Positions 1 through 6,842 of a stretch of DNA of 8,536 bases are shown here, one piece after another; positions within the stretch are counted from its first letter, which is position 1, and the number at the start of each line of letters is the position of its first letter. The notes below the pieces were generated by a model, which saw only the letters and a list, made by a program, of their open reading frames with translations, ran no database searches and was not told where the DNA came from. The stretch covers positions 1-8,536 of IMG/VR virus record IMGVR_UViG_2737471865_000006. One strand, 5' to 3'. The DNA comes from a virus. Its lineage: Duplodnaviria; Heunggongvirae; Uroviricota; Caudoviricetes. The translations under genes and the position numbers were made by a program.

Positions 1-12
1 TTCACCGGATGC

Positions 13-699
13 TTACGTTTTATGTGCATGCAGCTCATCAATAATGGCGCAGTGGATGTTCAGACCATCCAGGTTGTTTGCATCCGAGGAAAGCGGTTCA
101 AATTTTGATGCGCTCTGCTCCTGGTAAATCGCCAGCTTGTTGAAATCAAACAACCGCCCGAGTGTCGACCGGGCTTTTCTGACCATATTTTTGGCGTCTT
201 CAAACACAATTCTGGCCTGGTCACGCGTGGTGGCGGCTGAATACACCTCAGCACCGCCTTCACCATCTGCCCCCGTCATATACAGGCCGATACCCGATGA
301 CAGAGTTGATTTTGCGTTTTTACGGGCGACTTCGTTGTACGCCGTCCGGAACCGGCGCACCATCACCGGACGTCCGCTGCCATCGCTGCGCATGACGACT
401 TCCCCGGTCTCTTCATTCACCAGCGGAATGACAAAACCAAAAATATTAATGAGGATAAATACATGCCAGTCCATCAGTTCAATGGGCTGGCCTGCCAGCG
501 CCCCTTTTACATGAGGCACAAATTTGTAGAAATTCAGGATGTGCTGCGCACGGGGTTCACTGAAATAAATCCCCCGCTCTTCGCCGTACTTCAGATCATC
601 AAGAAAACGCTGGCAGGCCAGGCGGACAAATTCGCCAGCAACAATTTCTCCTGCAACAACACGTTCGGCGTAGCGGATCCCGTCAGCCACTTTTGCCAT
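13..699 (-). CDS. Terminase large subunit, N-terminal ATPase region; frame closes with TAA at 13-15 after 228 codons
   Basis: Translation has a P-loop-like motif VARKNAKST and a Walker B-like motif CAIIDELHA. ATG at 697-699 overlaps the TGA stop of the upstream small terminase gene (TGATG). Full-length large terminases are roughly twice this length. Confidence 0.75.
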   Translation of the reverse strand: MAKVADGIRYAERVVAGEIVAGEFVRLACQRFLDDLKYGEERGIYFSEPRAQHILNFYKFVPHVKGALAGQPIELMDWHVFILINIFGFVIPLVNEETGEVVMRSDGSGRPVMVRRFRTAYNEVARKNAKSTLSSGIGLYMTGADGEGGAEVYSAATTRDQARIVFEDAKNMVRKARSTLGRLFDFNKLAIYQEQSASKFEPLSSDANNLDGLNIHCAIIDELHAHKT

Positions 700-1181
700 C
701 AGTCTCTCGCTTTTAAAAGCTCCGCCAGCGGATCAACATCATCCGGTCCGGCGATATTTACTTTAGCCCGGCTTGCCGGTGACATACCAAACTCTGCAAG
801 CATTGCCCGGATCCGCTTCCAGGCATCCGCTTTCATTGCCGCCGCGGGGTGCGCCTTAATCAGTACATCACCGCTCTGCGTTTCCGTGCGGTAGGTATAC
901 CCCTCAACATCGAGTGTTTCGCAGTGATGCCGATATTCGGTGTAGGCTTCCACCAGCAACTCGAGCGCACGCGCATCAAGCTGAGAAATGATCCCTTCCG
1001 CATTCAGCTCTTCCGCCATTCGCCTGAACCAGTACTTCCCCTGAGCCCCTAAATGCTGCGGAATTTTAGGAAGACCTTTTTCATCCTTTTTAGCGGTTTT
1101 TTTGTGGTCTTTAACGGGGCGCTTTGAGGGGTTGCCTCGAATCAAATGCAGGCGTGGCGGGGTTTTCGGAGGTCCTGACAT
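699..1181 (-). CDS. Terminase small subunit, P27 family
   Basis: 160 aa; basic N-terminal region followed by ...AWKRIRAMLAEFGMSPASRAKV, typical of P27-type small terminases; sits directly upstream of the large terminase with stop/start overlap. Confidence 0.8.
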   Translation of the reverse strand: MSGPPKTPPRLHLIRGNPSKRPVKDHKKTAKKDEKGLPKIPQHLGAQGKYWFRRMAEELNAEGIISQLDARALELLVEAYTEYRHHCETLDVEGYTYRTETQSGDVLIKAHPAAAMKADAWKRIRAMLAEFGMSPASRAKVNIAGPDDVDPLAELLKARD

Positions 1182-1329
1182 AATCGGTCTTACCTATCAA
1201 TCGTTTGTTCACATTTCCAAAAAAAAGTTTTCGAACCTGCGGCGATGTGAGGAAGGGTCAGGCGGCGGTACTGAGCAGCCAGGGTTGCAGAGATTTGACC
1301 CGCCCCTCCCTTACAGATTAGAACGATTA

Positions 1330-1680
1330 TCAGTTGATGCGTTCACGCGCTGTTTTCGCCTTGTGGCATGGCCAGCACAGGCTCTGCAGATTACCGTCTG
1401 CATCCGTACCGCCATGCGCTTTCGGAATGATGTGGTCCACAGTTCTGGCTTCAACGGCTCTCCCATTGCGCAGGCAGTTCTGACACAAATGATTATCACG
1501 CTTCAGTATGCGCGCACGTATGGCATCCCATTTCGAGCCATAGCCACGCTGGTGGCGGCTCAGTCCGCGTTGATGTTGTGTCCAACCTTCGCCGCGATGC
1601 TTATCGCAGTAGCCAGAACTGTCCGTCGTTGTGCCTGCACAGCCTCGCTTACGGCATGCACGAGGGATTTGTGATGGCAT
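1330..1680 (-). CDS. HNH endonuclease, packaging-associated
   Basis: Cys-rich N-terminus (CRKRGCAG...CDKH) and HNH core (DHIIPKAHGG...N...CWPCH). Start chosen at the ATG at 1678-1680, which has an AGGAG ribosome-binding site 9 nt upstream, rather than the ORF-track start at 1716. Position immediately before the small terminase matches HK97-type packaging modules. Confidence 0.8.
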   Translation of the reverse strand: MPSQIPRACRKRGCAGTTTDSSGYCDKHRGEGWTQHQRGLSRHQRGYGSKWDAIRARILKRDNHLCQNCLRNGRAVEARTVDHIIPKAHGGTDADGNLQSLCWPCHKAKTARERIN

Positions 1681-1722
1681 AGAATTTCGCTCCTCTAAAA
1701 AATATTCTGCTCTCACCGTCGG

Positions 1723-1905
1723 TCAGTTCTGCATACACTGCCGGACACTATCAACAATTTCACAGACCTGAGAAGCTGTATCGAAAAGCTGGCGCGCCTT
1801 ATCCAGGCTGACGCAGCCCACCAGGAAAAAAGGCACCAGTATCGCTACCAGTGCCCATTTCACCGCCGTTCGCGGCATTCTGTGTGTCCAGTGTTTTCGC
1901 GTCAT
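1723..1905 (-). CDS. Small lipoprotein, 60 aa, function unknown
   Basis: Basic N-region, hydrophobic core WALVAILVPFF and lipobox LVGC; GGTGGTGA ribosome-binding site before the ATG; short Cys-containing mature part. Not proline-rich like lambda Rz1. Confidence 0.5.
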   Translation of the reverse strand: MTRKHWTHRMPRTAVKWALVAILVPFFLVGCVSLDKARQLFDTASQVCEIVDSVRQCMQN

Positions 1906-1989
1906 ATCACCACCAACGCACAGCCCAAATCAGAACAGCGACCGCCACAAGGCGGATTGCAAAGGCCGTTGCCCGAATAAAATCAGCAC

Positions 1990-2187
1990 TCATCTGTTTA
2001 AATAAATTGTTGTGTATGCAACCAGTGCAGTACAAATAATCCATGCAACTGGCGTCAGTATATGTCTGATGCCCCGGCATACCGCGATGATTTTTGCGGC
2101 ATCATCAGCCCCCTGCGGGGTGGTTTCTGCTTTTATCATCAGATCATCTCCAAATTTATCTTTCGTCGTGTTAGGCTTTACTGGCAT
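1990..2187 (-). CDS. Hypothetical small protein with C-terminal transmembrane segment
   Basis: ATG at 2185-2187 preceded by GGGGA; C-terminal hydrophobic stretch PVAWIICTALVAYTTIY. No recognisable family; coding status uncertain. Confidence 0.3.
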   Translation of the reverse strand: MPVKPNTTKDKFGDDLMIKAETTPQGADDAAKIIAVCRGIRHILTPVAWIICTALVAYTTIYLNR

Positions 2188-2229
2188 GAATGATCCCCAT
2201 GCGCATTCACAAAATGAATCCATAAACAC

Positions 2230-2261
2230 AAAGCCCCGATTGCTCCAACAACCGGGGCTTT
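2230..2261 (-). terminator. Intrinsic terminator-like hairpin downstream of the endolysin gene
   Basis: Perfect 9-bp stem AAAGCCCCG / CGGGGCTTT (2230-2238 with 2253-2261) and a 14-nt loop; T-rich flank on both strands. Confidence 0.5.
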
Positions 2262-2268
2262 GCTTTAT

Positions 2269-2646
2269 TTATCGTTTCAACTGAAAGTGAGGCCCATCCT
2301 TTAATGACCGCCACTCACCGCCCCATTCGATGGGGGTATTCAGCTCTGCGGCAGCCTGCTTAAATGCCTGCGCTATTTTCTCATACAGAGGCAAGTCCCA
2401 TGACACCTGGCTGCCAACCCAGGCAACAACATCCACCGCATCACCGGTCAGGTGGCGGCTGTTCATGGTCTGGCTTTTCCCTTCCGCGACCAGCTGTTTC
2501 TGGCGTTCTTTCGTGCGCAGCCCTTCCGTAATACCGAAATCAACCTCCGTCAGCTCCAGCGCACGGCGAACGACAGCAACCAGCTGTGGTTTAACGCCCT
2601 CCAGATTCTTTTCGCTGCGACGACTGAATCTGAATTTACCCGACAT
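2269..2646 (-). CDS. Endolysin, peptidase M15 family (phage T5 Lys-like L-alanyl-D-glutamate peptidase)
   Basis: Motifs KFRFSRRSEKNLEGVKPQL, RRALEL, SRHLTGDAVDV (His...Asp zinc-ligand spacing) and a C-terminal His match the T5 endolysin pattern as recalled. ATG at 2644-2646 has GAGGTGA upstream and lies 2 nt after the stop of the preceding gene; a GTG at 2652 is an alternative start. Confidence 0.8.
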   Translation of the reverse strand: MSGKFRFSRRSEKNLEGVKPQLVAVVRRALELTEVDFGITEGLRTKERQKQLVAEGKSQTMNSRHLTGDAVDVVAWVGSQVSWDLPLYEKIAQAFKQAAAELNTPIEWGGEWRSLKDGPHFQLKR

Positions 2647-2648
2647 AT

Positions 2649-2924
2649 TCACCTCAACAATGGAAAGATTTTTGTGACGTTCCCGCGTGCGCGTATCACC
2701 AGCACGCAGAACAGCAGGTTAAAAAACACTTCCAGCCAGCCCGTTGCTAACGGGCGACCACACAGATAGCTGAGGGGCGCAAAGGCATACAGCAGCATCA
2801 GCAACCAGGCCAGCCATGACATCAGCGGTTTATGTCTGGAATCACGACGACGATAAAAAAAGAGCGTCAGCACGATAACCGTGCATAACGCCACATTCAG
2901 CAATCCGGGAAGGTTACTTAACAT
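2649..2924 (-). CDS. Small membrane protein in lysis cassette (holin/antiholin-like), about 91 aa
   Basis: ATG at 2922-2924 preceded by GGAGGAGG; three hydrophobic segments; overlaps the holin 3' end by 11 nt and is coupled to the endolysin start. Confidence 0.55.
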   Translation of the reverse strand: MLSNLPGLLNVALCTVIVLTLFFYRRRDSRHKPLMSWLAWLLMLLYAFAPLSYLCGRPLATGWLEVFFNLLFCVLVIRARGNVTKIFPLLR

Positions 2925-3306
2925 TGCCGCCTCCTCCACCCCGCAGGCGGGAGAACAGGCCGGACACCAGCGATGCAATATCCTGCTGGTGGATGAACGA
3001 GAGAATCTTCACCGACACCACCGCCACCAGCACCGCACACAGTGCATCCGCCGATGTACCGTCATAACCTGTTTTTGATGCAATCCAGGCTGACAGCACA
3101 TGCGCACCCAGCACGCCAACGATAAACGACACCAGAAAATGCGCCGCCACACGCCAGGCTGAAAGCGCCTGCGGCATCGTTGCCACAAATAACGCCCCAG
3201 CGAACGCCCCAAACACAATCCCGAAATCCGTTCCGGTAAACAGCCCGAATACCGTCGCCCCGCCGAGCGCCGCAGCCGTACCGGAACCGGACAAGGGTTC
3301 AGACAT
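2914..3306 (-). CDS. Putative holin, about 130 aa, multi-pass membrane protein
   Basis: ATG at 3304-3306 with AGGAG 7 nt upstream; Gly/Ala-rich hydrophobic helices; first gene of the lysis cassette, directly upstream of the endolysin. Confidence 0.6.
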   Translation of the reverse strand: MSEPLSGSGTAAALGGATVFGLFTGTDFGIVFGAFAGALFVATMPQALSAWRVAAHFLVSFIVGVLGAHVLSAWIASKTGYDGTSADALCAVLVAVVSVKILSFIHQQDIASLVSGLFSRLRGGGGGNVK

Positions 3307-3320
3307 ACTTTTTCTCCTGT

Positions 3321-3346
3321 AAATAAAAAAGGGCCACTGTCGGCCC
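3321..3346 (-). terminator. Intrinsic terminator immediately upstream of the holin ribosome-binding site
   Basis: Minus-strand RNA GGGCC-GACAGU-GGCCC followed by UUUUUUAUUU (3321-3330); the holin Shine-Dalgarno begins about 4 nt after the U-run. Confidence 0.55.
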
Positions 3347-3432
3347 GTAAAAAAACAACACCCCGTCAAAGGCACCCGCAGATACCTTTTGTGTGGTGTT
3401 ATCTGATGTGATGTGCGCCGGACGTGGCGCGG

Positions 3433-3460
3433 ATATAAAAAAGGCCCGCCGCAGCGAGCC
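3433..3460 (-). terminator. Intrinsic terminator downstream of the AraC-family gene
   Basis: Minus-strand RNA GGCUCGC-UGCG-GCGGGCC (7-bp stem including one G-U pair, tetraloop) followed by UUUUUUAUAU; about 25 nt after the stop at 3486. Confidence 0.6.
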
Positions 3461-3485
3461 TGTTTTCAATGAGTGCAAAATTCAA

Positions 3486-4229
3486 TTATTCTTGAGTAAC
3501 ACTTAAACTCATCTCATTGAATGCAGCCATCCTGTAACCTGCCGGTGTAACACCAAAATAACTCCTGAATACGCTGATAAAATAAGATGTAAAATTATAG
3601 CCACACTGAGCAGCGATTCTGTTGATGGCGCAACGAGATTGATTCAACAGCATTGCTGCCATTCTCATTCTCTCTGTAAGCAACAACTCACTGAAACAGG
3701 TGCCTTCTTCTTTCAGTCTTTTTTTTAACAAACTTTCACTGATACATAACCGCGAAGACACATCTCTCAGAGTCCAGTTTGCTGCAATGTCCGTACGAAA
3801 CAATGCACTAAGCCTGTCACTAATATTGCCAATACACGCGGTCAGAAACGACGAAAACATTTTCTCTGATGAGAAAAACGCCAGACACGAAAAGGAAAGC
3901 ATTTCCGCTAAATTGTCCGTATGAATCTTTTCCTCACAAAGATAATCAATCAGGATGCCCATCAATTCTGCCTTGGGAAAACTCACGCAAAGATATCGTG
4001 GTATTTGCCGGACTAAAACTACATCCTGTTTTTCGTCTCCACACAACAGGTAACGGATAATTGTCGATTCACTGAGACTTATTCGCCGAAAACATTCCGA
4101 AAAGGGCAATAACGATCCAGCTCCCCCCCTGACAAGAAGTGCACTACCACTTTCCAGAGAGAGCTCTTTTCCTTCAAAGAGCACAACAAACGGGGAATGA
4201 ACAAAAACAACAGAACAAGCTTCATTCAT
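3486..4229 (-). CDS. AraC/XylS-family transcriptional regulator, AppY/AdiY/GadX-like group
   Basis: C-terminal helix-turn-helix signature SESLLKKRLKEEGTCFSELLLTERMRMAAMLL...QCGYNFTSYFISVFRSYFGVTPAGYR; N-terminus MNEACSVVFV resembles the AppY family as recalled. Start set at the ATG at 4227-4229 (247 aa), not the TTG at 4289. Markedly AT-rich relative to flanking phage genes. Confidence 0.8.
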   Translation of the reverse strand: MNEACSVVFVHSPFVVLFEGKELSLESGSALLVRGGAGSLLPFSECFRRISLSESTIIRYLLCGDEKQDVVLVRQIPRYLCVSFPKAELMGILIDYLCEEKIHTDNLAEMLSFSCLAFFSSEKMFSSFLTACIGNISDRLSALFRTDIAANWTLRDVSSRLCISESLLKKRLKEEGTCFSELLLTERMRMAAMLLNQSRCAINRIAAQCGYNFTSYFISVFRSYFGVTPAGYRMAAFNEMSLSVTQE

Positions 4230-4262
4230 ATCAATTGCCCTGACATTACTGGTCACAAGATA

Positions 4263-4290
4263 AGTATATATCGATTTACAAAAATACAAG
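4263..4290 (-). promoter_or_regulatory. Candidate sigma70 promoter for the AraC-family gene
   Basis: Minus strand -35 CTTGTA (plus 4285-4290), 16-nt spacer, -10 TATACT (plus 4263-4268), about 30 nt upstream of the ATG. Match by eye only. Confidence 0.35.
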
Positions 4291-4350
4291 CCGAAAGACC
4301 AGTATTCGCAACCACCAGCGCGTTTAACGTCCTGTACCGTTTTTCAGGCA

Positions 4351-4377
4351 TAAAAAAACCCGCTCAGTGGCGGGTTT
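4351..4377 (-). terminator. Intrinsic terminator between the ORF6N gene and the AraC-family gene
   Basis: Minus-strand RNA AAACCCGC-CACUGA-GCGGGUUU followed by UUUUAUGCC; palindromic, so it could act in either direction. Confidence 0.55.
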
Positions 4378-4452
4378 AAGCTGTTTGGCGTAGTAACCAC
4401 TCTTAACAGGATATTCAACTTTTTACGATCGTAAAGCGTTCGGGGAAAATTT

Positions 4453-4758
4453 TTAAAACCGTTCCAGAGTGCATACCATCGCATCGGCGGGTAGTTTTTC
4501 CGTGAAGAGGATGAGGTGCTTTGTACGCGGTGCAACTAAGTTACTTTGAGTAACCTTGTTCTTAAATTCCCGCAACTCAGCCCCTTCCAATTTGAAGTAG
4601 TGTTTCCCACAAACAAAACGCTCGGCATTGCGTGTATAGTTCACTTTGATGTTATTAGTTTCGGTGCCATAAAGTTGTGCCAAAAGCTCGGTAGTAATGA
4701 CAGGGATTTGGTTATGGGTGATCGGGGAAAGAGTTTCAACTGAGATTTGAATAGCCAT
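4453..4758 (-). CDS. ORF6N-domain protein (phage antirepressor-like DNA-binding domain), possibly C-terminally truncated
   Basis: Motif LAQLYGTETNNIKVNYTRNAERFVCGKHYFKLEGAELREFKN ... LFTEK fits the ORF6N pattern; AAGGA ribosome-binding site 7 nt before the ATG; first ORF downstream of tR'. Confidence 0.5.
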   Translation of the reverse strand: MAIQISVETLSPITHNQIPVITTELLAQLYGTETNNIKVNYTRNAERFVCGKHYFKLEGAELREFKNKVTQSNLVAPRTKHLILFTEKLPADAMVCTLERF

Positions 4759-4911
4759 AGGATGATCCTTTTTCTATGTGAATCATCACCACTGCTGACG
4801 CCAATCAGTATGGTGGTGAACTGTGCAGGGTTGGCGTAACCGGGAAAAAGGAACCGGCGCGGATCGCTCCGCCCCCACACAGCCCACCATTGAGATGTGA
4901 CAGTGCAAACG

Positions 4912-4937
4912 ACAATAAAAAAGACGCTGGCGCGTCT
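4912..4937 (-). terminator. tR'-like terminator of the short late transcript
   Basis: Minus-strand RNA AGACGC-GCCA-GCGUCU followed by UUUUUAUUGUC, about 70-75 nt downstream of the predicted pR' start site. Confidence 0.55.
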
Positions 4938-4997
4938 GTTGTCGCCTTTTTCATCCGGGACGCCAATCCCGACGCCAGATTTTGCTGGCGCGTGAGG

Positions 4998-5027
4998 AAT
5001 ATAGCCCCGGACAATGTGTCTGGTCAA
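4998..5027 (-). promoter_or_regulatory. pR'-like late promoter immediately downstream of Q
   Basis: Minus strand -35 TTGACC (plus 5022-5027), 18-nt spacer, -10 TATATT (plus 4998-5003), starting 5 nt after the Q stop. The initial transcribed region has hairpins CGCCAG-N6-CTGGCG (4973-4990) and CGGGA-N6-TCCCG, as expected for a Q-utilisation/pause region. Confidence 0.5.
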
Positions 5028-5031
5028 GCTC

Positions 5032-5418
5032 CTACATGATTCGTTCTACGTATCTGTCCATCTCCAGTCGGATATCAAGCATCATCAACATGCCATCAAT
5101 AACCCCTTCCGCTTTCTGCAGGCGCTTGCCAATACAGGTATCCGAACACCCATGCTTTCGTGCCAACCCCATAAAAGTCATTCCACCTACGTAATAATCC
5201 ACCAACAAATCGTGCAAATCCTGATTTTTCTTGTTCAACCGGGCCATACAGCCACAAATTATCATTGCATCATCATCAGAACACTGAGGGCGTGATTTCA
5301 CTTTCGGCGGGATTAATCCTTTAAAACCAGCAGCGATTGACGCCCATGACACATCTTCGTGATTGTTCGCAGCCCATGCTCCCCACCGCTCCATAACCTG
5401 CTGAATATCACGCACCAT
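5032..5418 (-). CDS. Late-gene antiterminator Q (phage 82 / QuuD-like)
   Basis: [21 protein letters not shown]...[14 protein letters not shown]...LLVDYYV...[16 protein letters not shown] pattern of Q antiterminators. ATG at 5416-5418 with AGGTGA 5 nt upstream; overlaps the rusA 3' end. Confidence 0.85.
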   Translation of the reverse strand: MVRDIQQVMERWGAWAANNHEDVSWASIAAGFKGLIPPKVKSRPQCSDDDAMIICGCMARLNKKNQDLHDLLVDYYVGGMTFMGLARKHGCSDTCIGKRLQKAEGVIDGMLMMLDIRLEMDRYVERIM

Positions 5419-5779
5419 CGTTATCACCTGTAATTTCGTAAATCTTCACGCCCAACCGCCCACCAGGAACAGGCAGTCCGCGCACAATATTGATTTCATC
5501 AAACTGCTCGTCGTCTATGAGAAGTCCGGCATGCGTCAGCGCATCCAGTGGTGCCTTCAGGATATTGTCCAGGTCGCGGCGGCGCTTATCCGGTGGCTCT
5601 GCAATAATTTTTATTGCCAGCCTTCCGGACAGGTTTAATTTCAACCGCTGCTGGCGAACAATTAGTGCCACATCACGGCGATAACGCTCCCCTGCTTTTG
5701 ATACAAAATATGTGTTGCCACGACGTCGCCAGTAAGTATTCACCGTCGGCGGATAAGGCAAAACAAACTCTATACGCAT
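5408..5779 (-). CDS. rusA: Holliday junction resolvase RusA
   Basis: [16 protein letters not shown]...[29 protein letters not shown] matches RusA conserved motifs; AAGAGG ribosome-binding site 7 nt upstream. Confidence 0.85.
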   Translation of the reverse strand: MRIEFVLPYPPTVNTYWRRRGNTYFVSKAGERYRRDVALIVRQQRLKLNLSGRLAIKIIAEPPDKRRRDLDNILKAPLDALTHAGLLIDDEQFDEINIVRGLPVPGGRLGVKIYEITGDNDGA

Positions 5780-5791
5780 CAGTAACCTCTT

Positions 5792-6841
5792 TTACCCGAG
5801 CACGCCGGTTGCAAAGGCGTGATCAAGAAAACGAAAAATTAAATCAACCTGGGAACCATGCTTTTCTTCGAACGCCAGCGGATCCGCATGAAGTTCGTTG
5901 TGATGTTCCCGGCACAACGGTAGCGTGAAAATATCGTGGGCCTTTGTTCCCATCCCTCCCTGACCGTGACCAATCAGGTGATGGGGATCGTCGGCTGGCT
6001 GACCACAACACGCACACGGCTGTGTCTTCACCCAGCGCGTATATTTCTCATTTACCCAACGGCGACGTTTAGGTCGCCTCATGAAAGATTCCGGAGACTC
6101 CGGATCAACGGTGATGCATACCACCGTCTTTTCCTGTGGTGGGTTCTGTTGCTGGTGGGCATGAGGCAACGGCGCAAGATTTTTTGTGCGCTGCTTCAGT
6201 ATGCTGGTGGCGGTCTGCTCTCCCGGTACGATGTCGCTTTCGCGGTACAAGGAGCGGATTTTTTCCGCACGTAACCCCAGAGAACGACGTAATACTGCCT
6301 CCGGAAGCGCGTCCGCCACCTGATTGCAGACCGCCCACCAGGATAATTCAGCCAGCGACAATTCCCGCTCCTGCGTGCCATTCATTGCATGGCGTATGAC
6401 GTCAATCATCCATGCTGACAGGTTTTGATGAGCAAGTTGCCCGAGTGATTCGGATGTCTGGTCACGCAACTGGTTGTCGCAGTGCCAGCACAACACCATC
6501 GCGCCGGTACCGTAACGATGTATGACGATTTCACTGTGATGATAGTCACCATGAGGCCACTGGCAGGATTTGACATGACGCAACAGCCAGTCAGACAGTG
6601 CCCCAGCGCCGCCAGCAGCACGAATCACCCGCTCATCGCTGAAAAATGGCAGTAATGATTTATCCTCCGCCAGCGGCTGGCGAACGGCAGGGACGACTCC
6701 GGACGGCAGACCGCGCATGCTTTTCGGTTCAGGCTCCACCAGCACTCGAGGGTTATGAAATACTTGCATGGATTCACGGCCCGGCCTAAGGACCACCAGC
6801 CCGAGTTCCGGTACCAGAACAGGTCGAAGTAATATCCGCAC
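5792..6841 (-). CDS. DUF968-like prophage protein (YdfU-like) with C-terminal Cys/His HNH-like motif
   Basis: Large nin-region ORF with C-terminal CACCGQPADDPHHLIGHGQGGMGTKAHDIF...CREHHNELH. Start proposed at the GTG at 6839-6841, which has GGAGGT upstream and follows the upstream gene's TAA by 1 nt, giving 349 aa. The ORF-track start at 6913 would overlap the upstream gene. Confidence 0.6.
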   Translation of the reverse strand: MRILLRPVLVPELGLVVLRPGRESMQVFHNPRVLVEPEPKSMRGLPSGVVPAVRQPLAEDKSLLPFFSDERVIRAAGGAGALSDWLLRHVKSCQWPHGDYHHSEIVIHRYGTGAMVLCWHCDNQLRDQTSESLGQLAHQNLSAWMIDVIRHAMNGTQERELSLAELSWWAVCNQVADALPEAVLRRSLGLRAEKIRSLYRESDIVPGEQTATSILKQRTKNLAPLPHAHQQQNPPQEKTVVCITVDPESPESFMRRPKRRRWVNEKYTRWVKTQPCACCGQPADDPHHLIGHGQGGMGTKAHDIFTLPLCREHHNELHADPLAFEEKHGSQVDLIFRFLDHAFATGVLG

Positions 6842-6842
6842 G

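Noticed and set aside
137-894. Plus-strand ORFs 137-514 and 463-894
   Set aside because: Both lie antisense to the well-supported terminase genes and have low-complexity, Pro/Ser/Arg-rich translations.
1102-1674. 190-aa plus-strand ORF
   Set aside because: Antisense to the HNH and small terminase genes, no ribosome-binding site, no recognisable motifs; an antisense ORF expected by chance in coding DNA.
2012-2769. Plus-strand ORFs 2012-2284, 2330-2677 and 2452-2769
   Set aside because: Antisense to the endolysin and membrane-protein genes; 2012-2284 runs through the terminator hairpin; no start signals.
4344-4535. 63-aa ORF considered as a frameshifted continuation of the ORF6N protein
   Set aside because: Translating all three minus-strand frames past 4453 gave nothing resembling the usual sequence following an ORF6N domain; the ORF spans the terminator at 4351-4377.
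4641-5027. 128-aa minus-strand ORF spanning the region downstream of Q
   Set aside because: It starts inside the predicted pR' -35 element, runs through tR' and overlaps the ORF6N gene in another frame; the region is better explained as promoter, pause hairpins and terminator.
4290-5031. tRNA genes or stx genes between Q and the lysis cassette
   Set aside because: No cloverleaf-like structures with the expected conserved bases and no Stx A/B-like reading frames were seen; the slot holds the ORF6N and AraC-family genes instead.
5936-6399. Plus- and minus-strand ORFs nested in the DUF968 gene (5936-6274, 6105-6338, 6136-6399, 6196-6381)
   Set aside because: Alternative-frame and antisense ORFs within a GC-rich coding region, with Arg/Pro/Gly-rich low-complexity translations.
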